This document shows, one piece after another, positions 47,123 through 56,353 of a stretch of DNA of 64,000 bases. The number at the start of each line of letters is the position of its first letter. Position 1 is the stretch's first letter. The notes under the pieces were generated by a model that saw only the letters and a list, made by a program, of their open reading frames with translations, was not told the origin of the DNA and searched no databases. The position numbers and the translations under genes were made by a program. The stretch covers positions 62,001-126,000 of IMG/VR virus record IMGVR_UViG_3300037264_008423; one strand, given 5' to 3'.

Positions 47123-49813
47123 TCAGGGGTTTAAGGCGCTGGGCGACCAAAAGTCAGGCTGCGCCGCATGGATTCCCGCCTCCACCATCCACGGCTGAAT
47201 CGTTTGGTGGGTCGGATAAGACGCGTAGGACGCATACCAACCGGCCACAGTCCCCGCTGACAGCACAAATTCCAACCCCGCAGGCACCAGCCCCGGCTGG
47301 CCCACGTCACCCGGCAGGGCCAGGCGATAGGCCCCGGTCTGTGTGACCGTGGCTCCGCCAAGGGCGAGATACTCGGTGAGATCCTGCGCGCCGGTGAATT
47401 TTTGGTTTAACGTGTAGGTCCCGGCGTCATAAACCACGGACCCGGCTGTTTGCACCAGGTAAACGTGGTCGGGCATGATGTTGCCGCTCTCCACCAGGGT
47501 AATCTCTTGCAGGCGCGGGTTGAACGGGTCTTGAAAGCGCATCCAGGAGCCGGTGGACGCGAGGCTCCAGATCGAGCAAAAATCGCGGAACTCTGGATAC
47601 TCCGTGCCCACCGCCCGGACCGCCGCGCGATAGGCGTCCTGATCGGCGCGCAAAGCCCGTTCCAGCATGTCCTGGCGAAACCCGGCAAAGCCGATGAGGG
47701 CGGGAGTCAATAGCGTGGGCACCCACCGCTGGAGCTGGATCTGCTCCACCAGGAGGGGAATTTGCGGCTCCGTGGCCTGGGCGATCCAGTGCGCGTTGCT
47801 GCCAGGGGGCAAGGCTCCCGCCTCGATCAAGTCGTCCGCCTCCCAGTAGGTGGACTGGTAGAGCACTTGGTCGCCCGGCAGGTAGCGTTGGCCGGGGGAG
47901 TAGTTGCCGCCTGTGGCGGCCAGCCAGGAAAGCTCCACGCGCGGATCGGCCAGCGCCGTGGCCAGGTAGAAGGAAAACGGCATGACATCCGGCACGTTCC
48001 GCTGCCCGACCACATCCAGCCGGGACGTGTAGTCCTGGTTGATGAGCGCGCCCTTCCAAACCGCCTCCATAATGTAATGGCTTGTGGCGTTGTCGTCGGA
48101 GACCAGCAGGAGCTTGCGGATGTGAAAGACACCCTGGCCGTTGGTCCAGGTGATGCCCAAGGTTTGGGCGTCTCCGGTGGAAGTTAGATCCACCGCGCCG
48201 CTCGTCAAAACCGTTCCTTTCGGCAAGGCCGCGCCCGTGCTGTCGGTGTAGTAGAGCGGAAAAGTGTCCGAGAGAACCGTGGTGCTGCCCAGGGTGACCA
48301 GGATGCCGAAACCTGTGCTGTCCACCGGCGAGGTTTCATCGTTGGCAAACTCCAGGTAGAGCTTCCAGGCCCCGGCAGGCAGCGACAAGGGATACTGTAG
48401 GGTGGTGTTGAGCGCGGTGAAATTGACGCCATTGTTGGCAGGCACGCCGGTGCCGCCATCGAGGTCGATTCCCGCGATTTGCAGGTTGGACGTGGGGCGC
48501 ACCAGCGCGGTCAGGGTGTAGCTGCCCGGCTGGCAGGTAATGCCGGTAAAGTGAACCGTGCCCTTGCTGGGCGACGTGTAAGTCAGGGAGCGGCTGTCCT
48601 GGTAGAAGGTATCGTTGTTGCCATCGGTCAGCGCGCCGCCCGTGGGGCGAATCAGGTAAAGGTTCTGCCAGGTGCCATCGGCCAGGGAGATCCGGGCCGC
48701 CTTTTGGCGGTAGAACTCGGCGTCTTTTGGCTCCGGGACCAGAGGCACGGTCGCCAGGATTTGCTCCGGCAGCACGCCCGGCACGTAGAGGCCGACGATT
48801 TGGGGCACATGCACGGTGTCGGAAGTTTCGCGATACCACTGAAGCGTCTTGGCCTCGATATTGTAAACAATTCTGTTCCGGTTGCTGAGCGCGGGTTCGG
48901 CCAGGAAGGGGCGCAAATTAGGGGCGGCGATGGCCGTCCACTCCGCGCCGCCTGGCGTCGTGCCGGTGGTGTAGTTGGCCCGATACCATTGGGACTGGTA
49001 AAGCACTTCCTCGCCCGTGGCATAGGTGGTGCCCACGCTAAACACCGGGTGGGTCAGAACGTAAGTCTCCGTTTCACGCGCCTGCGCTCCCTGGACCGCC
49101 ACATAGAGGCGCGTGGCAAAGGCGAAGGGATTTTTAAGCGCCTGCGCAATCCGAGCCACGTAGGCGGCAACCTGGTTGTCGCGCTCCGCCAGGTATTTGT
49201 CCGGGTCGCCCAGGAGCCGGGCGCTCATCGGTTCCGCCGCGTTGGGCACGCCGGGCCGATTGGTGCCTTCCGCCGTCGCCCAAATGCGGGTGTTGCCCAC
49301 CGTGGCGTCGGTCGGATCAGCGCGTTGCAGCGGCGGGGTGCCGGGGAAAATAGCGGCGGCGCGCGCCAGCGTCTCGTAAAGGAGCGCGTCCCGCGCGTAG
49401 AGACCCTTGTCCGTGACCTGGATGGCGTCGTAAGGCACGCTGCTGTTGCCCACGTGATAGACGCGGGTGCTGCTGGCAGGCAGGGGTGAGCCAAACTCCT
49501 GGGGGTCCAGGGCCAGAAAGACGTTGGTGCCCGTGGCATCCGTGACTCCGGCGACGCCCTGCAAGACCGGAGTGACCACCGAGCCGTTCCAGACCGTTTG
49601 GGCATGAACGGACACTTTCATGACCGCCGCCGCGTTAATCAGGTCCCGGTGCTGGAACTCGCGGTCGCGCCGGGCATATTCCAGCACATCAAACGCGGTG
49701 CCGGGATTGACTTGCGTTAGGCGACCCGACAGCGTGGGCGCGGTTAGGGCGGCGCTCCACGGAACGGTTTCCGCGAGAGTAAGAACCAGGGCCGATTCAA
49801 GTTGGCTGCTCAT
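47123..49813 (-). CDS. Large structural protein with carbohydrate-binding (CBM5/12-like) repeats
   Basis: 896 aa; FSVGTTYATGEEVLYQSQWYRA and YSPGQRYLPGDQVLYQSTYWEA. Confidence 0.6.
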   Translation of the reverse strand: MSSQLESALVLTLAETVPWSAALTAPTLSGRLTQVNPGTAFDVLEYARRDREFQHRDLINAAAVMKVSVHAQTVWNGSVVTPVLQGVAGVTDATGTNVFLALDPQEFGSPLPASSTRVYHVGNSSVPYDAIQVTDKGLYARDALLYETLARAAAIFPGTPPLQRADPTDATVGNTRIWATAEGTNRPGVPNAAEPMSARLLGDPDKYLAERDNQVAAYVARIAQALKNPFAFATRLYVAVQGAQARETETYVLTHPVFSVGTTYATGEEVLYQSQWYRANYTTGTTPGGAEWTAIAAPNLRPFLAEPALSNRNRIVYNIEAKTLQWYRETSDTVHVPQIVGLYVPGVLPEQILATVPLVPEPKDAEFYRQKAARISLADGTWQNLYLIRPTGGALTDGNNDTFYQDSRSLTYTSPSKGTVHFTGITCQPGSYTLTALVRPTSNLQIAGIDLDGGTGVPANNGVNFTALNTTLQYPLSLPAGAWKLYLEFANDETSPVDSTGFGILVTLGSTTVLSDTFPLYYTDSTGAALPKGTVLTSGAVDLTSTGDAQTLGITWTNGQGVFHIRKLLLVSDDNATSHYIMEAVWKGALINQDYTSRLDVVGQRNVPDVMPFSFYLATALADPRVELSWLAATGGNYSPGQRYLPGDQVLYQSTYWEADDLIEAGALPPGSNAHWIAQATEPQIPLLVEQIQLQRWVPTLLTPALIGFAGFRQDMLERALRADQDAYRAAVRAVGTEYPEFRDFCSIWSLASTGSWMRFQDPFNPRLQEITLVESGNIMPDHVYLVQTAGSVVYDAGTYTLNQKFTGAQDLTEYLALGGATVTQTGAYRLALPGDVGQPGLVPAGLEFVLSAGTVAGWYASYASYPTHQTIQPWMVEAGIHAAQPDFWSPSALNP

Positions 49814-49828
49814 AGTGGTAGTAAGAAC

Positions 49829-50254
49829 TCAACCAAAATTCAGCACTTTCACGACGCCGGTCAGGACCACGCTGACATCCACGTTGGAGGTATTGTTGCT
49901 CACCAGGAAGTAGTAGATACCCGGCGTGGCAAACTCGCGGACCGCGTAGCGGCCCAGGCTAACGACTCCGGGCGAGGAGCTGGAAACCAGGCAGGGCGAG
50001 GAGCACATCATGGGGGTCGTGTAGATTCCGGCGCTGATCACGCCCAGGGCCGTGCTGAAAATTTGCGGCGTGGCGGAAGCGGTTAAGATGCTCACCAAGT
50101 GCAGGTCCAGCAGGCGCACGCGCATGGCCTGGCCCAGGGTGAGCTGGATCTGGCCGCAGTTGAGATAGCGTCCCCGCCGCAGCTCGGTCTGCGGGAGCTG
50201 GAGCGGCACGTCGAAGTTGGTGCTGAACCGGGTGGGGGTTAAATAACCGTTCAT
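49829..50254 (-). CDS. Putative structural protein (paralogue of 53820-54302)
   Basis: YLT...D.P..LP.TE...G pattern shared with 53820-54302. Confidence 0.55.
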   Translation of the reverse strand: MNGYLTPTRFSTNFDVPLQLPQTELRRGRYLNCGQIQLTLGQAMRVRLLDLHLVSILTASATPQIFSTALGVISAGIYTTPMMCSSPCLVSSSSPGVVSLGRYAVREFATPGIYYFLVSNNTSNVDVSVVLTGVVKVLNFG

Positions 50255-53200
50255 AGCTGCTGATCAAGGTATTGGTAAGCGTATTTCAAGAGACGGGGCC
50301 AGGCTTCACGGGGAATGTGAAGCGCGGCGGCTCCTTTTGATCTGAGATAATTCAAAATTCGATCCCGATCCCAACCTTTGCGAAAACAAATTTGAACCAG
50401 CATGTGGGCGTGAGCCATAGCCTCTTTAGGGTCCTGGTAGTAATCTTTGCCAGGCATTGTTCCTGGAGCCGGTGGTTTATACCCCGGAGTAAGGGCCACG
50501 GGTGATCGGCGCGCCTGTTCTTTGTGGGTCAGCTCGTGGCTGAGAATTTGGGCGGCCCACTGTCTTAATTCTTCAGGCTTATTCACCATTGTGTCTGGAA
50601 TGAGAAGCAAAACTTTATCCAATTTAGGAGCATAGCCGCCTTTGAGCGTGCTGAAGAAACCGCCCAGTCTCAAAAGCGTTCCCTTTGGACTGTGTTTTTT
50701 TAGCTGTTTATCCAAATCAGACCACCAGAGTTGCGCGTCCATACTGTCAAAATCGGGCATGGACCGCAGGGAACTTTGGACCGATTTTACGATTTTGTCG
50801 GCCAGGACGTTGACTTGTTCGGCGGAGGGTCCTACGGCTCCTTCTGTAATCCGGGCGGCGGTTTGGCGCATTTCGCGCATCCAGTCCCACACGGTGTGCC
50901 ACTGCCGGGGATCGTAGTAGCCCGTTTTTTTAAACTGGCGGATCTGCGCCTGGGCGAGCAGGCGCAGATCATTGTTTTTGGTGCGCTTGGGGAAAGTGTG
51001 GCCGCCCACGCAGGGTCCGGGGATGCGGTATTGCACTTCCGAGGCTTGATCTTCCGGGTCTTCGGACACAAAGTAATTCAGCGATTTGCAGGTCGGCCAC
51101 TCCTCGATCTTGAACAGCCAGTGCTGCGCGGAGGTGGTTTGGGCCAGATCTTTGACCTCAAAATCGTCTTCGTCCACCGCGCCGCCCCAAGTGCCCCACG
51201 TGTGCGGTTGGAGCACCTGGTCCGACCGCTTAGGCAGCAAAATGCGCCGGGTGTCCCGCGCCGCGATGATACAGCCTGCGGCTTGTTCGCCCCAAAAACC
51301 CGTGGTGCGCAGCGCGTCCCCGTGGCTCAGCGCCTCCTGCACATTGTTTTTGTAAACAATGTCACCCGGTTGATCGACGGGTCCCTGGGCCTCGGTCCAG
51401 TCCTTGATGAGCTGGGTCGGCGGCTTGCCGTAATGGACGATCATCTGGCTGCGATACTCCTGGGTGCTGGAGCGGCCAATTTCAATAATGCACAGGATTT
51501 TGTTGCTGCCGCTAAAGCCCACGGGTGAAAGCAGCCTGCCGTTGACATTGAGCGACCAGTGTCCCACCTTCGAGGGCCGGGCGGTGTCCTTGAGCGCGCG
51601 GCTGAGCTGGTCGCTGAAGGCTAGCAGCTTGGCCTCGGCGACTGCCGGGTCGGGTTTCGGCGGCGCGTCCTCGTAAGTGCCGAAGCCGTGGGACCACTCC
51701 CGCCTGTAGCTGCTCATGTCCCAGTCACCGGTGTAGGACACCATGCGCTCCAGCATGAGGGGAAAGCCTTTCTGAAAGAGCAGGTCTTTGACACGTTGTT
51801 CCAGGGCGGGATGCGTGGCTGTGTCTTTGAATTTGTAGAGCAGTTGTTTAGCCGCCGCGTCCACCCACTCTCGTTTTTGCTTAGCCGCCCCTTCCCGGTA
51901 GTGGTCATAATCGGGGCCGAGCCGGTCGCCGTAGAACTCCATGAAGTAGGGCCAGATATGCGAGTAAACGTGATCGCTCAGGTGCGAGGCCAGCGCCAGG
52001 ATGCCATATTTAACCGAGTCCTCGTCAGCGACCAGCGAGCGGGGTTGCAGGGACATGACCACCACCGCTTGGTTTACTTTGTCCCGTTGGGCCACGCGCA
52101 GGGCCGCGCCCGTGGCGGTGGACAGGCTGGTGGTCACGTAGATGCCTTCCAAGCTCTTACGCGTGGGTTGGACCAGGCCACTATGGGGATCGTCCTGCCA
52201 CGACCGCTGTTTGGGGTCGGGCACCAGGCCCTCGGAGAGAATCTTGGGAACGAGCTGGGCGGACGTGCCGTGGTAAAAAATGGCGCGTTCCCGGCTGGCC
52301 CCCGTGCGGCGTTCGACAAGCCGGGATTCGTTGACATCCTCTTCGGCCCAGGGATTGTCCTCAACGGGCCTGGGCTTGAAATTGTAAACAGGTTTGACGT
52401 AGTAGGGGTCCAGGGCACCATTGCCGTTCCTTCTCGGATCGGAATAAACGGGCACTATTTCCAAGGTGCTGTAGGACTGGGCGGTGCTTAGGCGCTTATA
52501 GACTTTGGCGTCGCCGATGTAGCGGCGGAAATTGCCGCAAGAGTTGCCGGTATCGGACCATCGGGTATGAAACCAGGGGAAGGTGCTGTTGGGCACTTTG
52601 CTCTTGAGGACGTAGCCCACCGGGCTAACCGGGCCAAAGGCCAGGTCTTTGGTGTCAACATCCTCATCCTCTGATTCTCCGAGCTGTTCGCGATTTTGTT
52701 CAGGAAACTCCAGCGGGTCGGGAAAGTGGAAGTATTTGGCAAAGTCAATTGACGTGGCGGTGAAGGAGGCTCCGTCGCCCTGGCTCCAGAAACCAGTCCA
52801 ATTGATTTCCACCCCGTAAAAACCCTTCTGGTCGAGCAGCCACTTCCACTCCGCGACCACCGGCTCCGACCAGTAATTGTCGTCCGCACCCGCTTCTCTC
52901 CACCAATTTCGAGCGCGTTCCTTGGCGTCGTCGTCCAGTTGCTCATAGGTGATGCCTGTGCCATCTTCTCGGCGGCCTTCAGCATTGAACTCGTAGCCAT
53001 TGGCTTCGATGTTTTCTGCTACTTGTTCATCCGAGTTGTGATCGTCGTAGGCAGCTTCCAGCTCCCGATACATTTCGTGGTTCCAGCCCACCATGCGCTC
53101 GTTAATGTCCGCCTCCAGGTTCCTGATATCCCCGATCAGGCGCTCGTCTTCCGCGTCGCATTGCTCGTCGGGCATGTCATCCGGCCAGTCGAAACTGCCT

Positions 53201-53823
53201 TCCAGGTCGCAGGTGGTGCTGCGCTCATGGACGTAGCGATGGCTCACCCGCGTCACTCTGCCGGAGAGTGACAGAACGCCCCAGTCAACCAACTGGGCCA
53301 ACTCGGTAAAGCCGTCCTCATCATAGAAAACGTCTTTGGCGTCGAAATCGTCCTCGTCCGCTTCCAGCAGGTTGGCCGCGCCGCCGTGTGCTGACTCCAC
53401 GTAGGAAAGATCCCGGCTAAGGTCGCTCAGCCAGGGTATGGTTTGGGTGCTGCAAAAGCGGTTGGGACTTTTGATGGGATGGCGCTCCATCGCGCTGATG
53501 ACGATTTTAAGCCACTCGTCCCAATTGTATCCCGGCTTTAGTGTAACCATGTTGGTTGCGCCTGACCAACCAGGTTTCCAGCGCCACTTTCCATTCTTAG
53601 CTGGATGAAGCTGGGGAGAGCGGTAGTAAAGGCTGACAATGCGCGAGCCATCGGGGTAGTCGTGCCAGTTCAGCTTATAGCCCTCGTATTCGATCTCCGT
53701 GCCATACTTTGCGCCCTTGGGGTGAGGGCGCGGGTCAGGGACGGCGGTGTAAACCACGTCCTTCCAATCCGGGTCTTCCTCCGTCTCCAGAAGCAATCGA
53801 AGAATGGTGTCGGCGGTTTTCAC
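50251..53823 (-). CDS. Modular polyprotein-like protein: 4 acidic tags, ART-like domain, truncated Nudix, HExxH zincin-like domain
   Basis: IFYHGTS..LV.KIL.EGL at about 52280; FWG..AAGCII.A.DT.RILL..RS...WGTWGGAVD; HELTH at about 50530. Confidence 0.75.
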   Translation of the reverse strand: MKTADTILRLLLETEEDPDWKDVVYTAVPDPRPHPKGAKYGTEIEYEGYKLNWHDYPDGSRIVSLYYRSPQLHPAKNGKWRWKPGWSGATNMVTLKPGYNWDEWLKIVISAMERHPIKSPNRFCSTQTIPWLSDLSRDLSYVESAHGGAANLLEADEDDFDAKDVFYDEDGFTELAQLVDWGVLSLSGRVTRVSHRYVHERSTTCDLEGSFDWPDDMPDEQCDAEDERLIGDIRNLEADINERMVGWNHEMYRELEAAYDDHNSDEQVAENIEANGYEFNAEGRREDGTGITYEQLDDDAKERARNWWREAGADDNYWSEPVVAEWKWLLDQKGFYGVEINWTGFWSQGDGASFTATSIDFAKYFHFPDPLEFPEQNREQLGESEDEDVDTKDLAFGPVSPVGYVLKSKVPNSTFPWFHTRWSDTGNSCGNFRRYIGDAKVYKRLSTAQSYSTLEIVPVYSDPRRNGNGALDPYYVKPVYNFKPRPVEDNPWAEEDVNESRLVERRTGASRERAIFYHGTSAQLVPKILSEGLVPDPKQRSWQDDPHSGLVQPTRKSLEGIYVTTSLSTATGAALRVAQRDKVNQAVVVMSLQPRSLVADEDSVKYGILALASHLSDHVYSHIWPYFMEFYGDRLGPDYDHYREGAAKQKREWVDAAAKQLLYKFKDTATHPALEQRVKDLLFQKGFPLMLERMVSYTGDWDMSSYRREWSHGFGTYEDAPPKPDPAVAEAKLLAFSDQLSRALKDTARPSKVGHWSLNVNGRLLSPVGFSGSNKILCIIEIGRSSTQEYRSQMIVHYGKPPTQLIKDWTEAQGPVDQPGDIVYKNNVQEALSHGDALRTTGFWGEQAAGCIIAARDTRRILLPKRSDQVLQPHTWGTWGGAVDEDDFEVKDLAQTTSAQHWLFKIEEWPTCKSLNYFVSEDPEDQASEVQYRIPGPCVGGHTFPKRTKNNDLRLLAQAQIRQFKKTGYYDPRQWHTVWDWMREMRQTAARITEGAVGPSAEQVNVLADKIVKSVQSSLRSMPDFDSMDAQLWWSDLDKQLKKHSPKGTLLRLGGFFSTLKGGYAPKLDKVLLLIPDTMVNKPEELRQWAAQILSHELTHKEQARRSPVALTPGYKPPAPGTMPGKDYYQDPKEAMAHAHMLVQICFRKGWDRDRILNYLRSKGAAALHIPREAWPRLLKYAYQYLDQQL

Positions 53824-54302
53824 GTCTGGTCAAGCTCCATGCGACACTGGCCAGTGATGCACATTCTAAAGTCGGCGCTGTCCTGGATCGTGAGCAGGGC
53901 GTTTTGGTCGCTCCACTGGATATTGTTGACGGCGATCCAGGAGTAAGTTCCCGGCTCGGTGCGCACGATGGCGCTGCTGGTGCGTGTGGTCAAGCCAAGG
54001 GTGTTGGTCTTTACGATGTCCAGGGCGCTCAGCGACCCCGGATCGCCGGAGGAGTAGTTGAAGTAAAGACCCGTGTAGCAGAAAGAGCCGTTGGCGTTAA
54101 TGCGATTCTGCGCTCGAATCTTGTCCAGACCGAAGGTGGAGCTGATGAAATTCAAGTGGAGCATCCGAAAGGTCAAGCGGGAAGGCGCGCTGAGGCGGAT
54201 CGTGGCAATGACCACCCAGTCTCCCATTTTAATTTCCGTCGCCGGAAGGTTGATGGGCAGGTCCAGCGTGTTGTCTAGTTTGCGCTCGGTTAAAAAAGCC
54301 AT
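53820..54302 (-). CDS. Putative structural protein (paralogue of 49829-50254)
   Basis: AFLTERKLDNTLDLPINLPATEIKMG. Confidence 0.55.
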   Translation of the reverse strand: MAFLTERKLDNTLDLPINLPATEIKMGDWVVIATIRLSAPSRLTFRMLHLNFISSTFGLDKIRAQNRINANGSFCYTGLYFNYSSGDPGSLSALDIVKTNTLGLTTRTSSAIVRTEPGTYSWIAVNNIQWSDQNALLTIQDSADFRMCITGQCRMELDQT

Positions 54303-54317
54303 AATAAATTAAGTAGT

Positions 54318-55580
54318 TTAAGCGGCTCCTGGCTGAGGCGGGGCCATTAAGTGCCGATCTAAGTAGTATTCCCCCACCCGCTGCTCTGGACTGAGCAGGT
54401 GCCGGTTCTTCCTCCACCAGCCCAGGGCCGGTCCCGTGCCGTAAACATTTCCAGGACCATAGTCTCCACTAGGGTTAAAAGGCGTAGTTTGGCTGAGGAA
54501 GGACATTTCTTCGCGGACCCGGTGCGCGGCTTCCTCGTCACTTTCGGTCCAGAAATTACCCACTTTCTGACCATTGTAAACCACATCGTAATGGCCGCCA
54601 AAGGCGGGGATGACTTTCCACAGGTTGGGATCTTCCTCGATGCGCTTGCGAATCAGGATCTCGGCGGTCTGGCCGGTGCGGTGTCCCCGGTAGTGGCTCT
54701 GCCGCAGTTTAACAAAGGGGGCCAGGGCTTCAAAAGCGCGTTTAGCGCCGTTAATGTAAGCACTGGCGGTGGGGGTGGGCCAGGTGAAGCGGATAATCAT
54801 CTCGTCGCCCTCGCGGCGCGCTTCCTCCACTTTGAAACCGGCGTCTTCCAGCACCCAGCGCGCCTGCGCCACGGGATCGTAATTGTATTCTTTGGTGCTG
54901 AGTTCGTCGTCATCCAGCATTTCACCCAAGACCCGGCTGGCCTTGGTCATCATGTCGTGCGTTGCAAAAAGATCTCGCGCTCCCGTGTGATCCGCCATGA
55001 CGGCATGAACGGCGGCCTGGAGCGTGGGAAAGGCAATGTGCTGCTTCAGGCTGTGAATCCCCCGCTTGCGAGTGTATTGGACCACGAACTTGTCCGGGGC
55101 ATACTGGTGGATCACTCCCACGTTTTCGCCACAGGTCTGGTCCGGGAGCTGGGCATAAACATACGTGCGGTTAGGGGTCTTTCCCCGGCCTTTAACCGTG
55201 GCCGTTTCCCAGTGGATTACGGGAGCCGTATCCAGTTCCTTCAGGTCGCTATCATCCGCCTCTTCCTGAGCTTCCTGAAAGTAGTCATACCAGAGCCACA
55301 CGCTCTGATGCACCGGGTTAAAGGGGTGGACGATCTGTTTTTGGTTGAATTTGGCCAGCCAGTTTTTGGCGATTTTACGGGCTTTCTCTTCGCTCTCCAC
55401 GGTGCGCGTCATGCCGTAGTCCTTGCCGTCCAGCGTGAAAAATGCCGCCCAGCCCCGATCCACTTCGTCCCATTCCACACGGGCTTCCCACATACCGGCG
55501 ACGTTATCGCTGAGATCTTTTAGATCTTTTAGATCCAGGTCCGATACGTCGTCTTCCAAGATGGCGTCAAGGCTATACAT
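54318..55580 (-). CDS. Modular protein with 3 acidic tags
   Basis: Start ATG 55580; ILEDDVSDLDLKDL, EEADDSDLKEL, EMLDDDELSTKEY. Confidence 0.65.
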   Translation of the reverse strand: MYSLDAILEDDVSDLDLKDLKDLSDNVAGMWEARVEWDEVDRGWAAFFTLDGKDYGMTRTVESEEKARKIAKNWLAKFNQKQIVHPFNPVHQSVWLWYDYFQEAQEEADDSDLKELDTAPVIHWETATVKGRGKTPNRTYVYAQLPDQTCGENVGVIHQYAPDKFVVQYTRKRGIHSLKQHIAFPTLQAAVHAVMADHTGARDLFATHDMMTKASRVLGEMLDDDELSTKEYNYDPVAQARWVLEDAGFKVEEARREGDEMIIRFTWPTPTASAYINGAKRAFEALAPFVKLRQSHYRGHRTGQTAEILIRKRIEEDPNLWKVIPAFGGHYDVVYNGQKVGNFWTESDEEAAHRVREEMSFLSQTTPFNPSGDYGPGNVYGTGPALGWWRKNRHLLSPEQRVGEYYLDRHLMAPPQPGAA

Positions 55581-55929
55581 TGATGATCCCAAGGCTGGCC
55601 AGGCGGACCCGCGTGGGCACCTGGACCACATCGGAGGTTTGCGGTCCAATCATCGGGTCCATTTCCGGGTTGCACTGGGCGATGGCCCACCAGAGTTCCG
55701 GCGTGCCGAAGAACTTATGTGCAATCAGGTCCAGGCGGCCAGCGCCGCCAGGGGGCACGGTGAACAGGAGATCGGAGGGGTCCGGGACCACGGCGGCGTT
55801 GAGCAGCCCGAAAACGACCACAGACTCCGAACCGCTTTCGAGTTCGGCTTTGACCTGATAGGCGGGAGTGGCCGCCCACATGCTGTAGGGGACTAGCTCC
55901 ACGCGCACTGCTGGTTCTTGATCCGTCAT
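55573..55929 (-). CDS. Baseplate wedge/LysM-like (gp53/tail-X-like) protein
   Basis: RLDLIAHKFFGTPELWWAIAQCN..DP. Confidence 0.75.
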   Translation of the reverse strand: MTDQEPAVRVELVPYSMWAATPAYQVKAELESGSESVVVFGLLNAAVVPDPSDLLFTVPPGGAGRLDLIAHKFFGTPELWWAIAQCNPEMDPMIGPQTSDVVQVPTRVRLASLGIINV

Positions 55930-56353
55930 GCTCTAAATACGCCAAAGGTTAGAGTTGCCGCTTGGAATAGGCGGGTTAGCGTGGTCGTGCAAAAGTATAG
56001 GACCGCGCCAAAGTGTGATTGCAAGAGCTACCTGGCAGCCCCCTCCTTACGGAACACCCTTCGGCGCAGTCTGGCGGCACTATCCACTATCCGGTTTTAT
56101 TTGTAAACAATATTTTTCATCACGCGGGTAAGAGGCTTTAAAGCTTTAAAGTCAGGTTCCGGTTCTTCCGTTGACCCCATGACATACTCCAGCATCGTGG
56201 TTTCGATGTGCTGACTAAGAGAGGACATGCGTTTGAACAGCCAGTCGCACTGATCCCGGTAAAAGCGCACGACCTCAACCAGCTCTTTCGGGCTGGCTTG
56301 GCACATGTCCTCCGAAATATCGTTGCTGATCTGGAGGATGCGCTCCTCGCTGA

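Noticed and set aside
55961-55992. Partial resemblance to spacer 2 (shared GGTCGTGCAA and an ATAGG)
   Set aside because: Only a 10-nt exact match plus a gapped remainder, which is expected by chance in 64 kb.
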